Source: Callorhinchus milii (lineage: Eukaryota). From it: a stretch of DNA of 64,000 nt. This document shows positions 37,801-51,059 of the stretch, in pieces. Position numbers and translations under genes: made by a program. The stretch is from positions 43,340,001 through 43,404,000 of the forward strand of contig NW_024704743.1 of NCBI RefSeq assembly GCF_018977255.1. Reading direction: 5' to 3'. The notes under the pieces were generated by a model. That model saw nothing but the letters and a program-made list of their open reading frames with translations. It searched no databases and was not told the DNA's origin. Numbering within the stretch: the stretch's first letter is position 1; every line of letters starts with the position of its first letter.

Positions 37801-40800
37801 AAAAGGACAATCATAGTTAATGATACCATAAAGGTAGCCGTGCTTTCAACTACTGTGCCCCTAGTTTCTGGAACTCCAACTCACTCTTTCTTTATCTACC
37901 TTTAAATCCCACTTGAAAATCTCCCTCTTTGATCACCTCTCTCATTTCACCTTTACTAGGTGTTCGGCTCCGCCAGTGTATAGCGCTCTGAGACATTTTC
38001 CTATGTTAAGGGTCCCTATAAAAGCAAGTTGTTTTTGTGAAGCATTGAAGAAGATTCAGAGAACAAAAGCAAATGACAATTTTGAGTTTCAAAGCAATGA
38101 GTCATGTTAAAGTTTAAAATCCACATCCAGAAAGTTGCATTAAATCTCAATTGAGTTGAAGGCCTTGGGCCTAGCTGGAAAAGGGCCATTACATCTCAAT
38201 CTCACAGAAGAATCAGGACATTATGTCAAACAGTATCAGATCCCAGAGCCGAGATCCACCAACCAAATAGTCATTCCGAAGGGAGATTGCTGCCTTGTAC
38301 TTATTAGGTGTAAGCCTGGCATCAATGTTGGTAGAAATTTCACTTCTGTGTCAGAAAGCTGTCGGACGAAACCTCAAAGTAACCTCAAAGAAAATGTCCT
38401 CCTTTGAGGACATGTATAATCGGACATTCCAGTGCAGTTTTGGAGGAGTTTTACATTGTTGGAGATGCTTTTAGATAAAATATAAAACCAAAGTCCAGTT
38501 CACCTGTTCCAATGGATGTTAAAGATCCAATTGCACATTTTTTTGAAAAGAGAAGGGAGTTTCTCCTGGTATATTGGTCAGCAATTCTCCAGATAAATTG
38601 ATCATTGACTTCAAGCTTGTTTGCAGGACATTTCTAGGTATGATTAGGTACAATAAGTCACAGTGTTTGTCTATAAATATGCTAAACTACATCAAATACC
38701 TGTAAAGGGTTTCAACAGTACATCAAATGTCCACTAAGACCTTTCAGATCCCAACTGGTGTCTTGGCTCTGTGGCCAAGGGTACTGGTCAGGAGATTGTC
38801 CTCTACTCTAAGGTGACTTAGGCTGAAGCACATAATTCATTTGCTTCAATACAACCTTACCTAATCGATGTGTAAGATAGCAGGTTATTGTCAGAATCAC
38901 CAATTTCCCTAGGGTGTTAATAGATGGTGCTCACAATACTATTAGGTCTCTTCATGGTTCACTGGTGGTTGTTTATTTCAATAGAAGGGGGCGGGGATAC
39001 TTATTGCTTCATTGACAGGTGCAGATAATTCCTTAATGGGATTAGACAATCATGACATGAACACAGAGTATCTCAGTTCACACTGTGATGCCGTTATAAT
39101 GAAATTTTAGGAAGAATCAATACAATGGACCACTGTATCCTGAGCAATCTGGAATAGAAACAATGTCTGTCACCTCTATTGCCTATAATTGCAGACGTGA
39201 TTGTGCTGAACGTGAAATACTGCAATTCATGCCAGTTGTAAAATTGAGCTTGTGAAGTAGTTTCACTGAAAGAAAATGCAGTTTCAACTTTACTCAGCTA
39301 TTCAATTTCTAACATAATGGGCCTTTCTTAGTAGAGTGGAATCATATATATATTACCATAAAATAAAATATCCAATTGTAAATAGCTTAAGCATAGCACA
39401 TGTCATCTAAGGTGTCATTTTATGCTTGTAGCTGTTCTGGTTTGGTTTAAAAACATCACAATATTGAAGGAGCCAAAGAATTATTCAGTTCCATTTATTA
39501 ATTGAAAAAAATCTTTCAATATCCACTTGTAGTGGGATTTTCCATTGTAAATCATATCAACAACAACAACTTGCATTTTTGTAATGCCCCTCACACAAGG
39601 TAGCATCCCAGAATGATTGATAGTGGTGGAGCACGATGCTGAGCCAGAGGGTGATCATAAGCACGGTCCAATAGGAAGGTGTTCAGACGTGAGCTGAAGA
39701 TAGGGAAGGAAAGGACAAGGCAGAGGGGTTGAGGAACAGTGTTCCAGAGTTTCGTTAAATAAAATGAGTGGCATAACTTGTAAATGCATTAAGTACAACA
39801 ACTTGCATTTATATAGCGCCCTACTTGATCTGTCCTTAAAAGTCTCTGAACCCGTGCGCAACTTAGGCGTCAGGGTCGCTGTGGGTGGAAGACCAGCTTA
39901 AAATACAGCTGTAATATACCCGAACAGAGGCTGTCGGCTCCAGTTATATGCTTCACTTTTCAAAAGGCTTTTGTTGAATTTTCACACATGAGAGTTATGG
40001 TTCCTTGAATTTCTAGAAAAGTAAAGTAACTTTATGTCGTGAGTTTTCTGGCTCTTGATTTTTACTCAGGACTCTAGCAATGTACTACATGCAAGAATGG
40101 GGATGGGGTGGGGAGACTCTCTCTACAGTCTCAGCACAATAGTTGAGTCGAAGGGAATCCAAAGTTAACACTGTGGTTTTACAGTTAATATTGGTATTTT
40201 AATATCCTACAATCAAAAATCAATGATATTAATTTGGTTTTCTCTAGATTTTTTAAGCAAGATGCTGAAGGAAATGAGGCAGAGCGTACAAAGGCTGCGA
40301 TCAGTCTCTAATTACAAAGGGCATGTTAACTCTGACATAAATTAAGGAACAAATTAGCAATTTTTAACACAAGAGACATTGCAAATTTTTATTCCATTGT
40401 TGCTGAATTGTTTATATCACTTTAACCTGGCAGCTTAACGTCCAACAATGGATTGATCAATAAATAAACTTTCAAACTAGCAAGTATCACAGACTGAACA
40501 CTTAATGAGGTCCTCACTTATATTTGACACATTGTACCACTGACTGATTGTTTTCCATCTGGCTAAATGACAGTAAAATATCTCAGAATTGTCTTCCTAT
40601 AATGAAGGATTTTGCCTTGAGGTCTGGTCAGTTGATCAGCAAACCAAACAAGCTTATGAAAGTTCCATTGATGTCCCACTGCTACCCCCACCTCCCGTTA
40701 TGGTTGAAAAATCTAAGAGCCATTCAATAAGTGCAGGAAATAATATCGATAAATTACAATTCAAACCCTTCTTCCCTCCTCTGTGGAATTACAGTTGAAG

Positions 40801-41239
40801 CCAGATGGATGCAATATCATTAATCAGTAGATATGCAGAACACCACATCATTCTGTTTAATTTATAGACTGACATCTCAAATTTATGTGCCATTACATGC
40901 AGCCATCTTGAGTTTTATTTTAAAATATATTATTGAAGCTCTTGGGACCGATGACACAAAGCATGATTAAAGGCATACACCAATCCACATTTTGATTAAA
41001 TATAATTTCCAAAATAAAGCAATATGTATAATCCGTCTTCTCTGTGCTTTTCTGCATCTCCATGTGTTACCCAACTGCATTTTCTATGTTAAAAAAAGGA
41101 AACTAATTGCAGATATTCAGTAAGAATAATAAACCTGTACCAATAATTCCTAAAGTTTTAGTTACAATGAATCGGGCTATCAACATCAATCTCTGCATGT
41201 TCTATGAATAGTAAGGGCACCCCAAGCAGGTCCTTGTTT

Positions 41240-41765
41240 ACTAACTGTCTTAAATTGATGCCCCTTGGTTACTGACTCACTCACCATTGGAAATAATTGA
41301 TTCATACAACAATTGCAACTTGCATTTGTCTCGCACCCTTCATGCTTCTTGGAGCACTTTCCCATGGCAGAGTTTAATCCAAAGTCGGGAAGTCGGGTAG
41401 GAGACCATAAGCACATTCAAAGAGGAAGGTCTTCAGGTGTGATCTGAAGGTGAGCAAGGAGGGGGCAAGCCAGAGGGATTGAGAGTTCCAGAGTCTCGGG
41501 GCATAGTGGCTGAAAGAACAGCTGCAGATGATGGAGCGGAGGCATGGGGTGTAGAAGGCTGGAGCCAGCTAAGAGAAGGGGACGGGTAGTGGCGTAGAAT
41601 GTAAGCAGGCCAGAGTGATTTGGAGATGCTACGCTATGAATTGATTTGTAAGTAAGTGTGAGGATCTTGAAGTCGATCTGTTCTGCAATAGGAACCAGTG
41701 GAGCCTGGCAAGGCACCCTATTGACTCTGTCAAAACCCCTCATAATTTCAAAGATCTCTATCAGA
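41240..41765 (-). mobile_element. L2 3' end (~41310-41715) nested in a CR1 fragment
   Basis: MRGFDRVNR (CR1) abuts APLVPIAEQIDFKILTLTYKSIH (L2). CR1 resumes as QLFPMVSESVTKGHQFK. Confidence 0.8.
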
Positions 41766-43042
41766 TCACATATTCATAATTTCCTTACATATTAAGCATT
41801 AATGAACAAAATGTGCGTACATAAAAGGTTTTTACTACGTTAGGGACTGTTTGGGTATGAGCCTAGTCTAGCCAGTCTAAATGTATGAGCTTTCAGTTCA
41901 TTACTCCCATTAGAACAATAGATCAGAAATAACACAATGCATAAAATGCAACAAGTGCTGATTAATGTTTAAAACTGAGAATTAAAGCACACAAAGGGAA
42001 TGATTACAAATTTCAGAGTATACCAAGGGGAACAACATTACAATAGCCAAACCACAGTGTTATTAGTGTTTGAAGAGTGATCTATTTATGGTCACAAATG
42101 AAAAATAATCTACTTGTCACAGCCTGCAGTGAGTCACGCTTCAATACTACTCAGGTTTGCTGACACCACAAAAGCCTCTCATCTTCAGTCAATATAATTC
42201 CAGCACTGCTATTAACTTGAATTAGCATTGTTCTCATTTTATTGAATCTGAAGTACATATTATGAAACCGAAAAGTGGCAGTAAATGAGTATCGAGCTAT
42301 AATTTAATCTGCATGTCACCTGAAGCCACTAAAGTAAAATACGCACCAATTTCTCTCTTCCAGTCATACCATTCGGTACAGTTCATATGGGTTTGCACTG
42401 AGAGCCAACAGTTTGAGCATTTGGGGATTGAAAATACAGCCCAGCAATCTGCCTTGGGCTATTAATGTCGTGCACAAAAGACAGATGCACAATTCCCTCA
42501 CATTGGCCATTTGATGCAACTAACACTGGTATTCAGGTCAATGAATAAAAGTTACAAATTGTAGAAAGAGAGAAGGTAAGAGCAGCATTGTATTGCACAG
42601 TTTTAACTTGTTGGTAGTATCCTTCTGGTCTCTATCAGACATGGTTCGGAATGAATTTGCAAAGCAATTTTAAACACAAATAAAAATGTAGTTTTGAAAC
42701 AAAATGCACTTGGTATAATTAGGTAAGTCAGACTGATTTTGTTTCCAGTGTTCTAATAAGTTTTTTTTTGATATTTTCGAACAGAGTTTTGCTGAGACAG
42801 GGAACTCGCAGGCATATGTTTCTGTTCCATCTTCCTCTCTAGGTTTTTTTCTGGATGTTTGTATCAATAAGAAATTACATTTAAGCAAATAGACTTCAAT
42901 GTTGTAACTTTGCAAATGTGTAATACTCTTAATTTATTACTCCATCTTACTTGTATCACTATTGTACCTCCACAGGTGGCAGGCATATAACCTTTTAGAA
43001 CATCGCTGCTAAATACTAACAATGCTCTTACCAGACTCATGT

Positions 43043-43360
43043 GGAGTCCTGTAGCTCAGTGGTTAGAGCACTCGCTTTGCAAGCGAGAGACCTGGGTTCA
43101 ATTCCAAGCAGGGCGAAACCTTGGGCAAGTTTCCTTACTCCACACGCCTCATAATAATCCCTCCAAAACCAAAAACAATAATATATTGGTCATTCTCAAT
43201 CCACAACTGTTTATGGGTCACTGCTGTGCACAATTGGCTGCCGCGTTTCGCCCACAAATATACAGTCAATTCACTTTACAGCATATTCTGTGAAGCGCAT
43301 TGAGACGTCTAGAGGACGTGAAAAGCGCTATATCAAATGCAAGTTATTATTATTTATTAT
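43043..43360 (+). mobile_element. tRNA-headed SINE short form, full length (older tail loop)
   Basis: Complete head. Tail loop gagacgtctagaggacgtg. Possible TSD ATGT. Confidence 0.95.
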
Positions 43361-43639
43361 GTTTCAAAGGATAAAATCTATCAGACCGCTGCTGCATGTT
43401 TCACAAGGTTCAATGCACATAAATAGATTTCACATCCTAATCATTACATTCGAACAATACTGAGGATCTCAATACTGTATTTAAAACAGCTATTGGGGAA
43501 AAAAGTTGTTTTTACAGTAGTTCTTCAGTTTTTTCATAACATGGTAACATGATCAAATAAACCACAAATATAAAAACCATAGAGCTCCAATGTCTGCTTA
43601 TAGCTGGTGAAAGAAACCAAAACATTAGAAACCAAAAGC

Positions 43640-44056
43640 ACAATAATTCTTTATTTCTGTATAGCGCCTTATCATGTTGTCAAAGTGCTTCACATAATTT
43701 ACTGTAAAGTGTAGTGACTGTAATTGTAGTTGAAGGAGGCAGCCAATTTGTGCACAGCAATGGCCCACAAACAGCCATGAAGTGAATGATCAATTTTGAT
43801 AAGGACACTAAGAGAATTCCCTTCTCTTTTAAAATTAGCCATGGGATATTTAATTCTCACCAGAATTGTCAGATGAGACCTCAGTTTAATTTCTCATCCA
43901 AACCACAGCATCTCTGACAATGCAGCATATCCCCAGCACTGCATTGAAGTGTCAGCCCAGATTATGAGCTCCTGATGAAGTCCTGATAATACCACTTGAT
44001 TTCGCAACCTTTTGACTCAGGGTCAAGAATGCTACCAACTGAGCCAGGCTGTCAGT
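43640..44056 (-). mobile_element. Old Deu-domain SINE, full length
   Basis: Same architecture as 27010-27461. Confidence 0.82.
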
Positions 44057-44809
44057 CAACTCTGAAGATAAGTGAATAGGCCACTTTTAAGAGCACAGCA
44101 ATAAAGGAACAAAGGAAAAGCAAACAGATTTGCATTTATGATGGTTTGGGGCAGTTGACTGATGGATTGCCAGTAAACCATTCTGGGAGATTTTAGTGGG
44201 TGCTTTATCTTATCTATCAATGTGTATCTAGAATCATGGATAACACAGCACAGAAGGAGACTATGCACCCCATCAAATCTGTCCTAGTGCTAGCAGCAAC
44301 TCCACTGGAGCTAACTACTCCAATTCCAATCCCTGCTCTTTCTATGTACCCTTTTATATAGTTTATGTGTGCTCTCCAGTTTAAGCAATTTCCCCTGTTT
44401 TGCAGCAGCTGTCACTGCTGCCCTTGGTGATAGATGCTCTGTGGTTTCACTCCAGTTACAATGAAAACTGAAATAACAAAAGCACGGAATTGACAATTTA
44501 CTGGAGGTGGGGGGTGGTGGTTTGCGATGAGAGGCAGGAGAGTAGAAATAATTAAAACAATCGGTTTTGCTTGTTATTCTGATTTGAAATTCCTGCGAAC
44601 CCTTCATTAAAACATGGTCTCGTGTTGAATAACACAAAAGATAGCTGTTGTGGTATTTACACAATTTCTAAATTTACATTATGTTAACATTTTGCACAAT
44701 AATTTGGAAGAACAGCACTGAACATTAACCCCTTGAGTTGCTTGAGCACTGAATAGACTTGTCATACATCTAATTATGGTATCGTGATTACCATAAACAG
44801 AATCCTATT

Positions 44810-45213
44810 GAGTCCTATTATGTGTTGGTTAGAGCACTCCCCTCGCAAGCAAGAGGACCTAGGTTTAATTCCCAGGCAGGGCGAAACATTAGGCAAGTTT
44901 CCTTACTCCACACGCCTCTGTTTACCTAGCAGTAATAAGTAGGAAGTTGGAAGTCGGTTGTTAGTCAATTGGCAGATCGCTTTTCTGGGGGTAATAATTC
45001 CTTCAAATTTTTTTAAAATAAATAGTAATTTTGTCGCTAACTCCAAACTATTTGTGGGACATTGCTGTGCACAATTGGCTGCCGCGTTTCATCCACAAAA
45101 TAAACAGTCAATTCACTTTACAGTATATTCTGTGAACCACTTTGAAATGTCTCGAAGACATGATAAGGTGCTATATTAAATGCAAGGATTCTATATATTA
45201 TTCTTATTATTAT
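44810..45213 (+). mobile_element. tRNA-headed SINE long form
   Basis: gagtcctattatgtgttggttagagcactc..., long internal segment, tail. Confidence 0.9.
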
Positions 45214-45799
45214 CATCTACTGTGGGCATTTCTCTGAGTTCTTCCAACTCAGCTTGCACATGCAGTAGAAGGAAGAATGCCACATGAGTTGAGGGACTGG
45301 AAATAGGCCACCCTTCTAAGTACCACCCCAACATTTACAATATTCCCAGCTTCTGTTTCACTCATGTGGCTATAGTGACATCTTCATGCCACTGTGTGTA
45401 CCATATAATGACATCATCCATTTCATGCACATGTGCTCCAAGCTGGAACCCGAGAGAAACCAAAACATAAGATGAGATGTTAAACTAAGTTCCAGTCTGA
45501 TTGCTAAGGTGGACATTAAAGATCCAATGACATTATTTGAAAAGAGAAGAGACTTTCTCCCCCTGTCCTGGGCAACAATCCTCCTGATAAAATTGATCAT
45601 TCACTTTACGACATTGCTGCACACAAATTGGCTGCCATTTTTGTCTACAAGTAAACAGTCACTATATTTTACAGAAATTCCCTGTGAAATATGTTAAGAC
45701 ATTTTTACATTATAGCTACAATATCAAATGTAAAGATTCTATTATTTGTTATGATTATCAGATGACATTCTGGTTCTGATCTTCCTGTCAACCTCTGCT

Positions 45800-46050
45800 T
45801 TGTGTCCCCCACCCACTATCGGTGGCCGGGCCTTTAGCCTTTCTGCCCCCACTCTATCCCTCGCACATTGCCTCTTTCGAGGTCCGTTTGAAGACCTTCC
45901 TCTTTGACTGCACTATTGGTCATCTTCCCACCCCACCTACTTGACCCCCGCATCCAACCCCCAGCTCGGGTGCAAGCCCTTCACTGTCCAGCAGATTGGG
46001 ATGTTCTCCTGATGTGAAATGTGCTGCATAAATGGAATTTGTTTGTGTGT
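45800..46050 (+). mobile_element. L2 3' end fragment
   Basis: PTIGGRAFSLSAP..FEVRLKTFLFD and the tail gggatgttctcctgatgtgaaatgtgc. Confidence 0.82.
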
Positions 46051-46180
46051 TATTACCAGTAGTCACAATGTAGTCCTAATTTCCTTAGGTCTCCAGTGTG
46101 GAACATGCATCTACCCAAAGGATAATATTTATGCACCCTTTAGACAGTATCAAACCCGTTACGGAAAAGAAAACTCAACA

Positions 46181-47047
46181 TGTTACCGAATGCAACAGAC
46201 CCGGCCCTCGTGGCGATGGCGGGGAGGGGGTGATGTCTCTGCACACTCCACTTTGGTGAAGGGACCAAGGCTTTCCTGCTTCACGGTTCTGCCAATCCTT
46301 TGCAGTTACAAATGGGGTCTTGTAAACCCCTCCCTAACCCTCCCTCTTCGTGGGGAGCGTGGACAGGTTCACAACACACAGGTTGTCCACACGTTTTTTT
46401 TGGGACGCTCCCTTTAAGACAGTTGGGAATCATCCCTGTGTGCACAGCATCCATGTGTGCGCCCACGCACACCCTGATAAGGCACACTTGCTGACTTCGG
46501 ACAGAGCCCCGATGTGCACCGTACGCGCACGTTTATCGAAAAATACATGTGGAAACCTCGCAAACGCAAACCCATATACATACACTGCATACCCAACCAG
46601 TTCCCACCCCGTCACCTCAGGATCCCTGCCGAGGTTCTGTTCACTTTTTCTACAGGGAGCAGTTGCACGGGCGGGCTAGTCCCGGCTCTGCCCAACCTTA
46701 TTGTGGCATCCCTCTGTCACTGCTATCCCAGGTTTGCAGTGGTACGTATATCGCCAAACACCACTTCAACTTCTCCAGAGCCTAGGAGTATTGTTTGTCA
46801 GAGAAAAAGTGTCTTATTTAATGTACAACAGTATCACTGCCAGCAGTCAATCACCTTTCCTCTGGAGCCATGCCTCTGTGTCTTCTCAGCATCTATTACT
46901 TTATATCCATTAAGACAGATTTACTTCTAATTACACCCAAATAAACTATGATCGCTTCCACGCTTCCTCCCCTAAGTGTAAATGGTCAAGAACACCATGT
47001 GACCCGCTGATATCAGCAAGGAGACCTCTCTCGCATTGCTGTTAACG
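46181..47047. mobile_element. Candidate solo LTR (CpG-rich)
   Basis: Termini TGTTA...TAACG (TG...CA with one change), flanked by CAACA at 46176-46180 and 47048-47052. Abrupt GC/CpG rise. AATAAA near the right end; GATATAAAG and ATTAAA on the minus strand. Confidence 0.5.
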
Positions 47048-48129
47048 CAACATCCCAACTTCTTATTTTGATGAATTTTACATTGCAGCAATGTCACATA
47101 TTAAACCTGCTAAACCAGGTACATCTAAGATATGCGAATTAGCCTCATATTCGGAGTCATTAAATAGACAGCCAACGACTGGCTTCCATATGAGAAGCAT
47201 GACAAACATACATTTGCGTAATTGCCTGTTAATTACCTCAGTTTATCACAGCAGTGTCCACTGGCAAGTGCAGGATCACTTGCTTAGGTTCCCATAGTTA
47301 CTGTCTCACTGTGACTTACTGATACCACCTGACAGCCTGTTGATGGTTTTCTTCACTTTTCTGAGTTTACAAAAATGATGCAAATTATACATGTAGATTT
47401 CTAAAGTCAAACAGAAGTGATAAGTGTGATAACCTGGATGGTCAGTGGCTCCTCATTCATATCTTTTTTGTTTCACTCCTGATTCATCAAGTAAAACACT
47501 AAAAATGTTCACAGGAAGGCATTCCGCAACTCCTCCATGTACCTGAAACTGTCAGTTCAAGACAACAAGACTAACTGCAGAGAGCAGCTCCGAGAGCACA
47601 GTAACAGCAGTGTGTCCAGTACCTGCACCCCACTCATTTGGGACATTGAACCAGCAGCTCAACATCCTTACACAAAGCCCGAATATTAAAGTTCACCCTC
47701 CACTGCAACAATAAACAGCTGTTTGCCTTCTTCTCATTCACAGCTGTACTATATAGATCCTCTGTTGAACTGACATAAAATCTGTAATTACTGCAAACGT
47801 GGCAGGGTACAAATGAAAAGGTGAGGGTTAGTGACTCCGAAGTACCAGACTCCTTCTTTTGCTCCACAACTTCAAACATCCTGCTCCTGAGCCTCTGCCA
47901 CAGCTTTTTGAGTTAATCACCAGGAGGTGATCAAGAGAGTCTTCCCGGGTGACTTTGGCTAAGATTGCCTCATCTGTCCAGTGGGAATGACCTGACCTCC
48001 ACTCAGTGAGTCTCAACAACACTGCTGAGAATGCCAACTCTGCAACACTGCCATAGAACTGATAGAGCAATGGACTTCAGCAACATATCCCTTTAGATGC
48101 TGCCAGACTCAAAATCAAGAACAAGGTGT

Positions 48130-48390
48130 TGTCCTGAGTCAGAAGGTTGGTTGTGAGTTCAAGCCTCAAGTCAATACTTTGAACTCACTGTCTAGGCTGA
48201 CACACTGATGCAGTACTCAGAAAGCATTGCATTGTTGGAGGTGCCTTCCTTCGGATGAGATGTTAAACTGGGGTCCCATCTGCCTATTCAGGCAGATGTT
48301 AAAAGATCTTATTGCACTATTTGAAAAGAGAAGGAAGTTTCTGCTTGTGTCCTGGCCAACAAAAAATTGACCATTCACTTTATGGCCGTA
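48130..48390 (+). mobile_element. Old Deu-domain SINE, 5' two-thirds
   Basis: ctgagtcagaaggttg...tctaggctgacac...ggaggtgccttccttcggatgagatgttaaac...gtcctggccaac. Confidence 0.8.
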
Positions 48391-48574
48391 TCTGCGGCAC
48401 CAAATAATTTAGCGCTAGTGAGAGAATTGGCAGATTCTTTGAGTGTTTGTTTAGTGGCATGCTGATACTCCGTTAATCAGCAGCCAATCCACATCAACGT
48501 CTTTCTCCAGTATATCTGAACATTGACTGTAACACTAAATTGATCCCAAGATTTCAAATACTTATGGATCCAGT

Positions 48575-48892
48575 GGAGTCCTGTAGTTCAATGGTTAGAG
48601 CACTCGCTTTGCAAGTCAGAGACCTGAGATCAATTTCAGGCAGCTCGAAACCTTGGGCAAGTTTCCTTACTCCACACGCCTAATAATAATCCCTCCAAAA
48701 ACCCAAAACAATAATAAATTGGTCATTTTCAATGTACGACTGTTTGTGGGACATTGCTGTGCGCAATTGGCTGCCGCGTTCGCCCACAAATATACAGTCA
48801 ATTCACTTTACAGTGTGTTCTGTGAAGCGCTTTGGGACGTCCTCCCGACGTGAAAAGCGCTATATCAAATGCAAGGATTATTATTATTATTA
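48575..48892 (+). mobile_element. Young tRNA-headed SINE, short form, full length
   Basis: Body nearly identical to the 56492 and 60682 copies. CTCCC-loop tail. Confidence 0.95.
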
Positions 48893-51059
48893 CATATAAT
48901 CCAAATAAATTTGTACATCTTTCCCGCAATGAAAGGACATCTTGGAGCAGACAGGAAAGTACAACAAGGCAAGTGAAATCCACAGGGGAACACCCTGTTG
49001 GCGAGATCTGATCTTTCGTCTCAACTTCTTCATTGTCATCATTCTCCTCATCAGTAACCTCTCAATTACAAAGATTCATCGTTCTGTTCTTGTTGAATGG
49101 TTTGGCTCTATTTGTGGTTATAAATTTGTTACCGTAAAACCTTGGTTTATTCTAGGCTCAGTTAAACCTTGAAATTGCCTGGCTTGCTGATATCTCTATG
49201 CTGTTAGTTAGATTGAATATGAAGATACAAGTCACAGAAGGCTTTCAAATGTCAGTGGAAAATATATGTCCTATTTTACTACAGATAACACTCTTTTGAA
49301 ATCTAAGTACCCTTGGGATCCTATATTTCTTTATAAAAAGACGTTATCACATTTGATCACTGCCATAAACATGAGACACTATTTATCAAAGTGCCATAAT
49401 GGAACTGTGAATGGATCTGATTTGCAAAGTCTAACAATTTTACATGTTCCAGACAACATTCTGATGCTCTCCTGCTGTATCAGAGGCCTTCCATTTTTTA
49501 TCGTGGAAACTTCTCCCTGAAGGTGACAGTGTGGCACTGGAGAGTTACTAGTGAAAGGTCATGTTTGTTGTAACCTGCCACTTTCACTGACTAGACATTA
49601 TGTTTTTTTGCTGACTGACGTACTTGTTCAAAGCTTCCTCACTCTCGCTTGGCAAGGAAGACAAGATATTCCCTCAGAGACTGTCCTTGCTATGACCGTT
49701 CAATACTTTACTTAAATGAAGATGAAATGTCAGCTGAATAAGGAAATGAAGCATGCTGAAATTTATAGCAAGTCAAGGAAAATAACAAGCAATGGCTGAA
49801 ATGCTGTTACATGGATAAATGTCCACAACACTATGTGACTCAAAATATGCTTGACTGATAGAATGCTACTTTTCATTGACAGTGACAGATATCATTTTTA
49901 ACGCTAGGATACTCTGAAAAGTTTCCACATTGTTGCTCCCAAAAACCTAATTTTCACCACATCTAAGCCAAATATGTATTTCTATTTCTCCACTCTTAGT
50001 GATTAATGCTTGCCCGGTGTAAATTATACTGATCATAATAGTAATAATCCTTGCATCTGATAGAGTGCCTTATCATGTCGCTGAGGTGATTTAAAGTGCT
50101 TCACAGGATTTACTGTAAAGTGATTTTACTGTATTTTCTGGCAGCTAATTTGTACACCATAGTGTCCCACAAACAGCCATTATTGTGCTTTATATCAAAC
50201 ATGATTTATATTCTGAGTTTTTATCCACTTATCATCTTTATAGTGGAAATCTTTGAGTGACCAGAACTTACAATTTCGATGCATCCATGCAAAGCTGTAC
50301 CAAAACCTACCCCCTGCACCACTTCCCTCACCAGAAGGTGCAGCATACATAATGAGAAGAATTACTTGTAATGACATTGTGGTTGATTAAACTTTTAAAA
50401 AATATACGGCAAGTTGGATTCAGTTACAGCTGAATGATCTGAACTGACTCCAATAGTTTTCAGTTAGCTGGTCAGGCTCACATGGGGTGTTATAAATTAG
50501 CACTTTATTTACAAAGATATATAATAATCATTCAGCTGCAGATTGTTGTAATAAACACATTTCAAAATACGGTACAGAGCTGAAGGCTATATTTATTCTC
50601 TCAGTAATATAATAAATATATTTTGCTCAAGTAAAAGAAAATCTTTATTTACATATTTTATTACTTCTATCATCTCTTTGCTTCTTTATTTGGTTGACTT
50701 TGTTTTATTTCCAATTTTCTGCTCTTAACAATTTTTATTCTTTAGTTAAAAGAAATGATTTGTTCCTTGTACAGATCACCGATGAGGAGAAAGACATTTG
50801 TGTGATAATTATTGTTCATAATTTGCATTCCCAAATTGTAAATTACTGTGTTCTTTGCAACTTCCAATTTATGACTGAAATTTCAGGCAATCCAATCTAC
50901 AATCTGTTCTGGTTTACAAGTGCAAATACCCAATGATAATTAACTTGTTTAATCTTTAAGATAATACATACTTTGTCCACATTTATAATCATAATTTCTT
51001 TGAAATGTTTTCACAAACTTGTTAACGAATGTTGTAAGTTCAAAATTAAAGTCCCAATT

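Noticed and set aside
40589..40798. Protein-like ORF (..VPLLPPPPVMVEK..)
   Set aside because: No recognisable homology and no convincing splice donor.
46019..46930. Cluster of overlapping ORFs as a gene
   Set aside because: Expected from the locally high GC content. No recognisable domain in any frame.
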